DNA of 63,323 bases, the filler included, from Chiloscyllium plagiosum (Eukaryota): NCBI RefSeq assembly GCF_004010195.1. It is 5 parts of one record of this genome, joined end to end, with 100 filler letters (N's around TTAATTAATTAA, not from the genome) between each part and the next. Parts side by side here need not be neighbours in the genome. Positions count along the whole stretch, not along the records: positions 59,696 to 63,323 come from NC_057713.1; 4 more parts are not named here. One strand, given 5' to 3'. How positions within the stretch are numbered: the first letter of the stretch is position 1; every line of letters begins with the position of its first letter. A model generated the notes under the pieces. It ran no database searches. It had not been told where the DNA came from and saw nothing but the letters and a program-made list of their open reading frames with translations. Of the stretch, positions 62,446 to 63,323 are shown piece by piece. Position numbers and translations under genes: made by a program.

Positions 62446-63285
62446 TTCACAGTACTGCAGCTCAGTCTTGTGCAGTTTTAACAAAACCTCCTTACTTTTA
62501 TATTCCATTCCTGTTGAAATAAAGGCCAACATTCCATTTGCCTTCCCTTTTACCCGCTGGACGTGGAGACTAGCTTGTGATTACGGACAGGGATTTCCAA
62601 ATCCCTGGGTTCCGTAGCTTTCTGCAGACTTCCTCCATTTAAATAATTTTCAGCTCTTCCATTCTTCCAGCCAAAGTGTGTAGCTTTGTTCCTCATTGCT
62701 ATCCTCCAACCTACCAAAGGCCTTCTATGAGGCCGCTTACCCCCATGGCCCTGGATTCCTTTCTCTCAGGTTCATGTTTATGATCAGTAATTTCTCTTTG
62801 TTCATTCAGAATATGTGGGCGCCACTGGCAACCCCACCCCCAACAATCCACATGGTCATCAACATTTCTAGATTCTTTTAATCCCAGGTTCCACCATCTG
62901 CTGTGGTGGGATTTGAACCCACATTCCCAGAACGTTACCTGTGTTTCTAAATTAACAGTCTAGTGATAACACCACTAGGCCATTGCCTCCCTTTGAAATC
63001 CTGAACTCCTCACATGATCATTGATGATTCCCCCAAGTGACTGACTCAAAGAAAAGGCCATTTAGCCCATTGCGCATCTGCTGGCTTTTGTTTTGAAGAT
63101 GCTAACCAATTAGCTCCAACCCTCTGCTCTTCCCCCAATGCCCTACAACTTATTAAACTGCTGTCGCAATAATGATTTGGGTGGGGGGAGGTGTGACAGT
63201 GTGGGGGGTGGGGGGGGAGTGAGAGACAGAGTGAGTAGGGGTAAGAGAGAGTGGGGAGATGGGAGAGAGACACACGCATACACAG

Positions 63286-63289
<4 letters not shown>

Positions 63290-63323
<34 letters not shown>
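63290..63323. repeat. (GA)n microsatellite
   Basis: Pure GA run to the window end. Confidence 0.95.

Noticed and set aside
1..63323. CRISPR array, prokaryotic operon or intact autonomous retroelement
   Set aside because: Eukaryotic DNA with no repeat-spacer array; every LINE/PLE copy has stops, frameshifts, truncations or gaps.

Overview
Vertebrate genomic DNA, almost certainly from a cartilaginous fish (shark). This is inferred from HE1/V-SINE-type and Deu-domain SINEs, dense CR1 LINEs and shark-type Penelope-like elements. The only host coding sequence I can recognise is one 118-nt plus-strand exon (27346-27463) of laminin alpha-3 (LAMA3, LN domain), so at least the left part of the window is LAMA3 intron. 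A CpG-enriched, repeat-free block at ~55760-56650 looks like the first exon/promoter of an unidentified minus-strand transcript. The rest is mostly decayed retroelements: CR1, CR1/Zenon-like, L2, Rex/Babar, L1, SINEs, solo LTRs, and a CA-rich minisatellite. The most striking pattern is a set of short Penelope-like (PLE) insertions from at least 3-4 families. They carry minimal hammerhead-ribozyme cores and repeatedly show a 5' fold-back inversion, often with 10-15 bp target-site duplications (TSDs). One is a PLE-L1-PLE chimera containing an out-of-order L1 RT segment. Four 100-bp gaps contain an artificial TTAATTAATTAA linker and there is one 500-N scaffold gap. Repeat family names come from motif recognition, not database searches, and most repeat boundaries are approximate.
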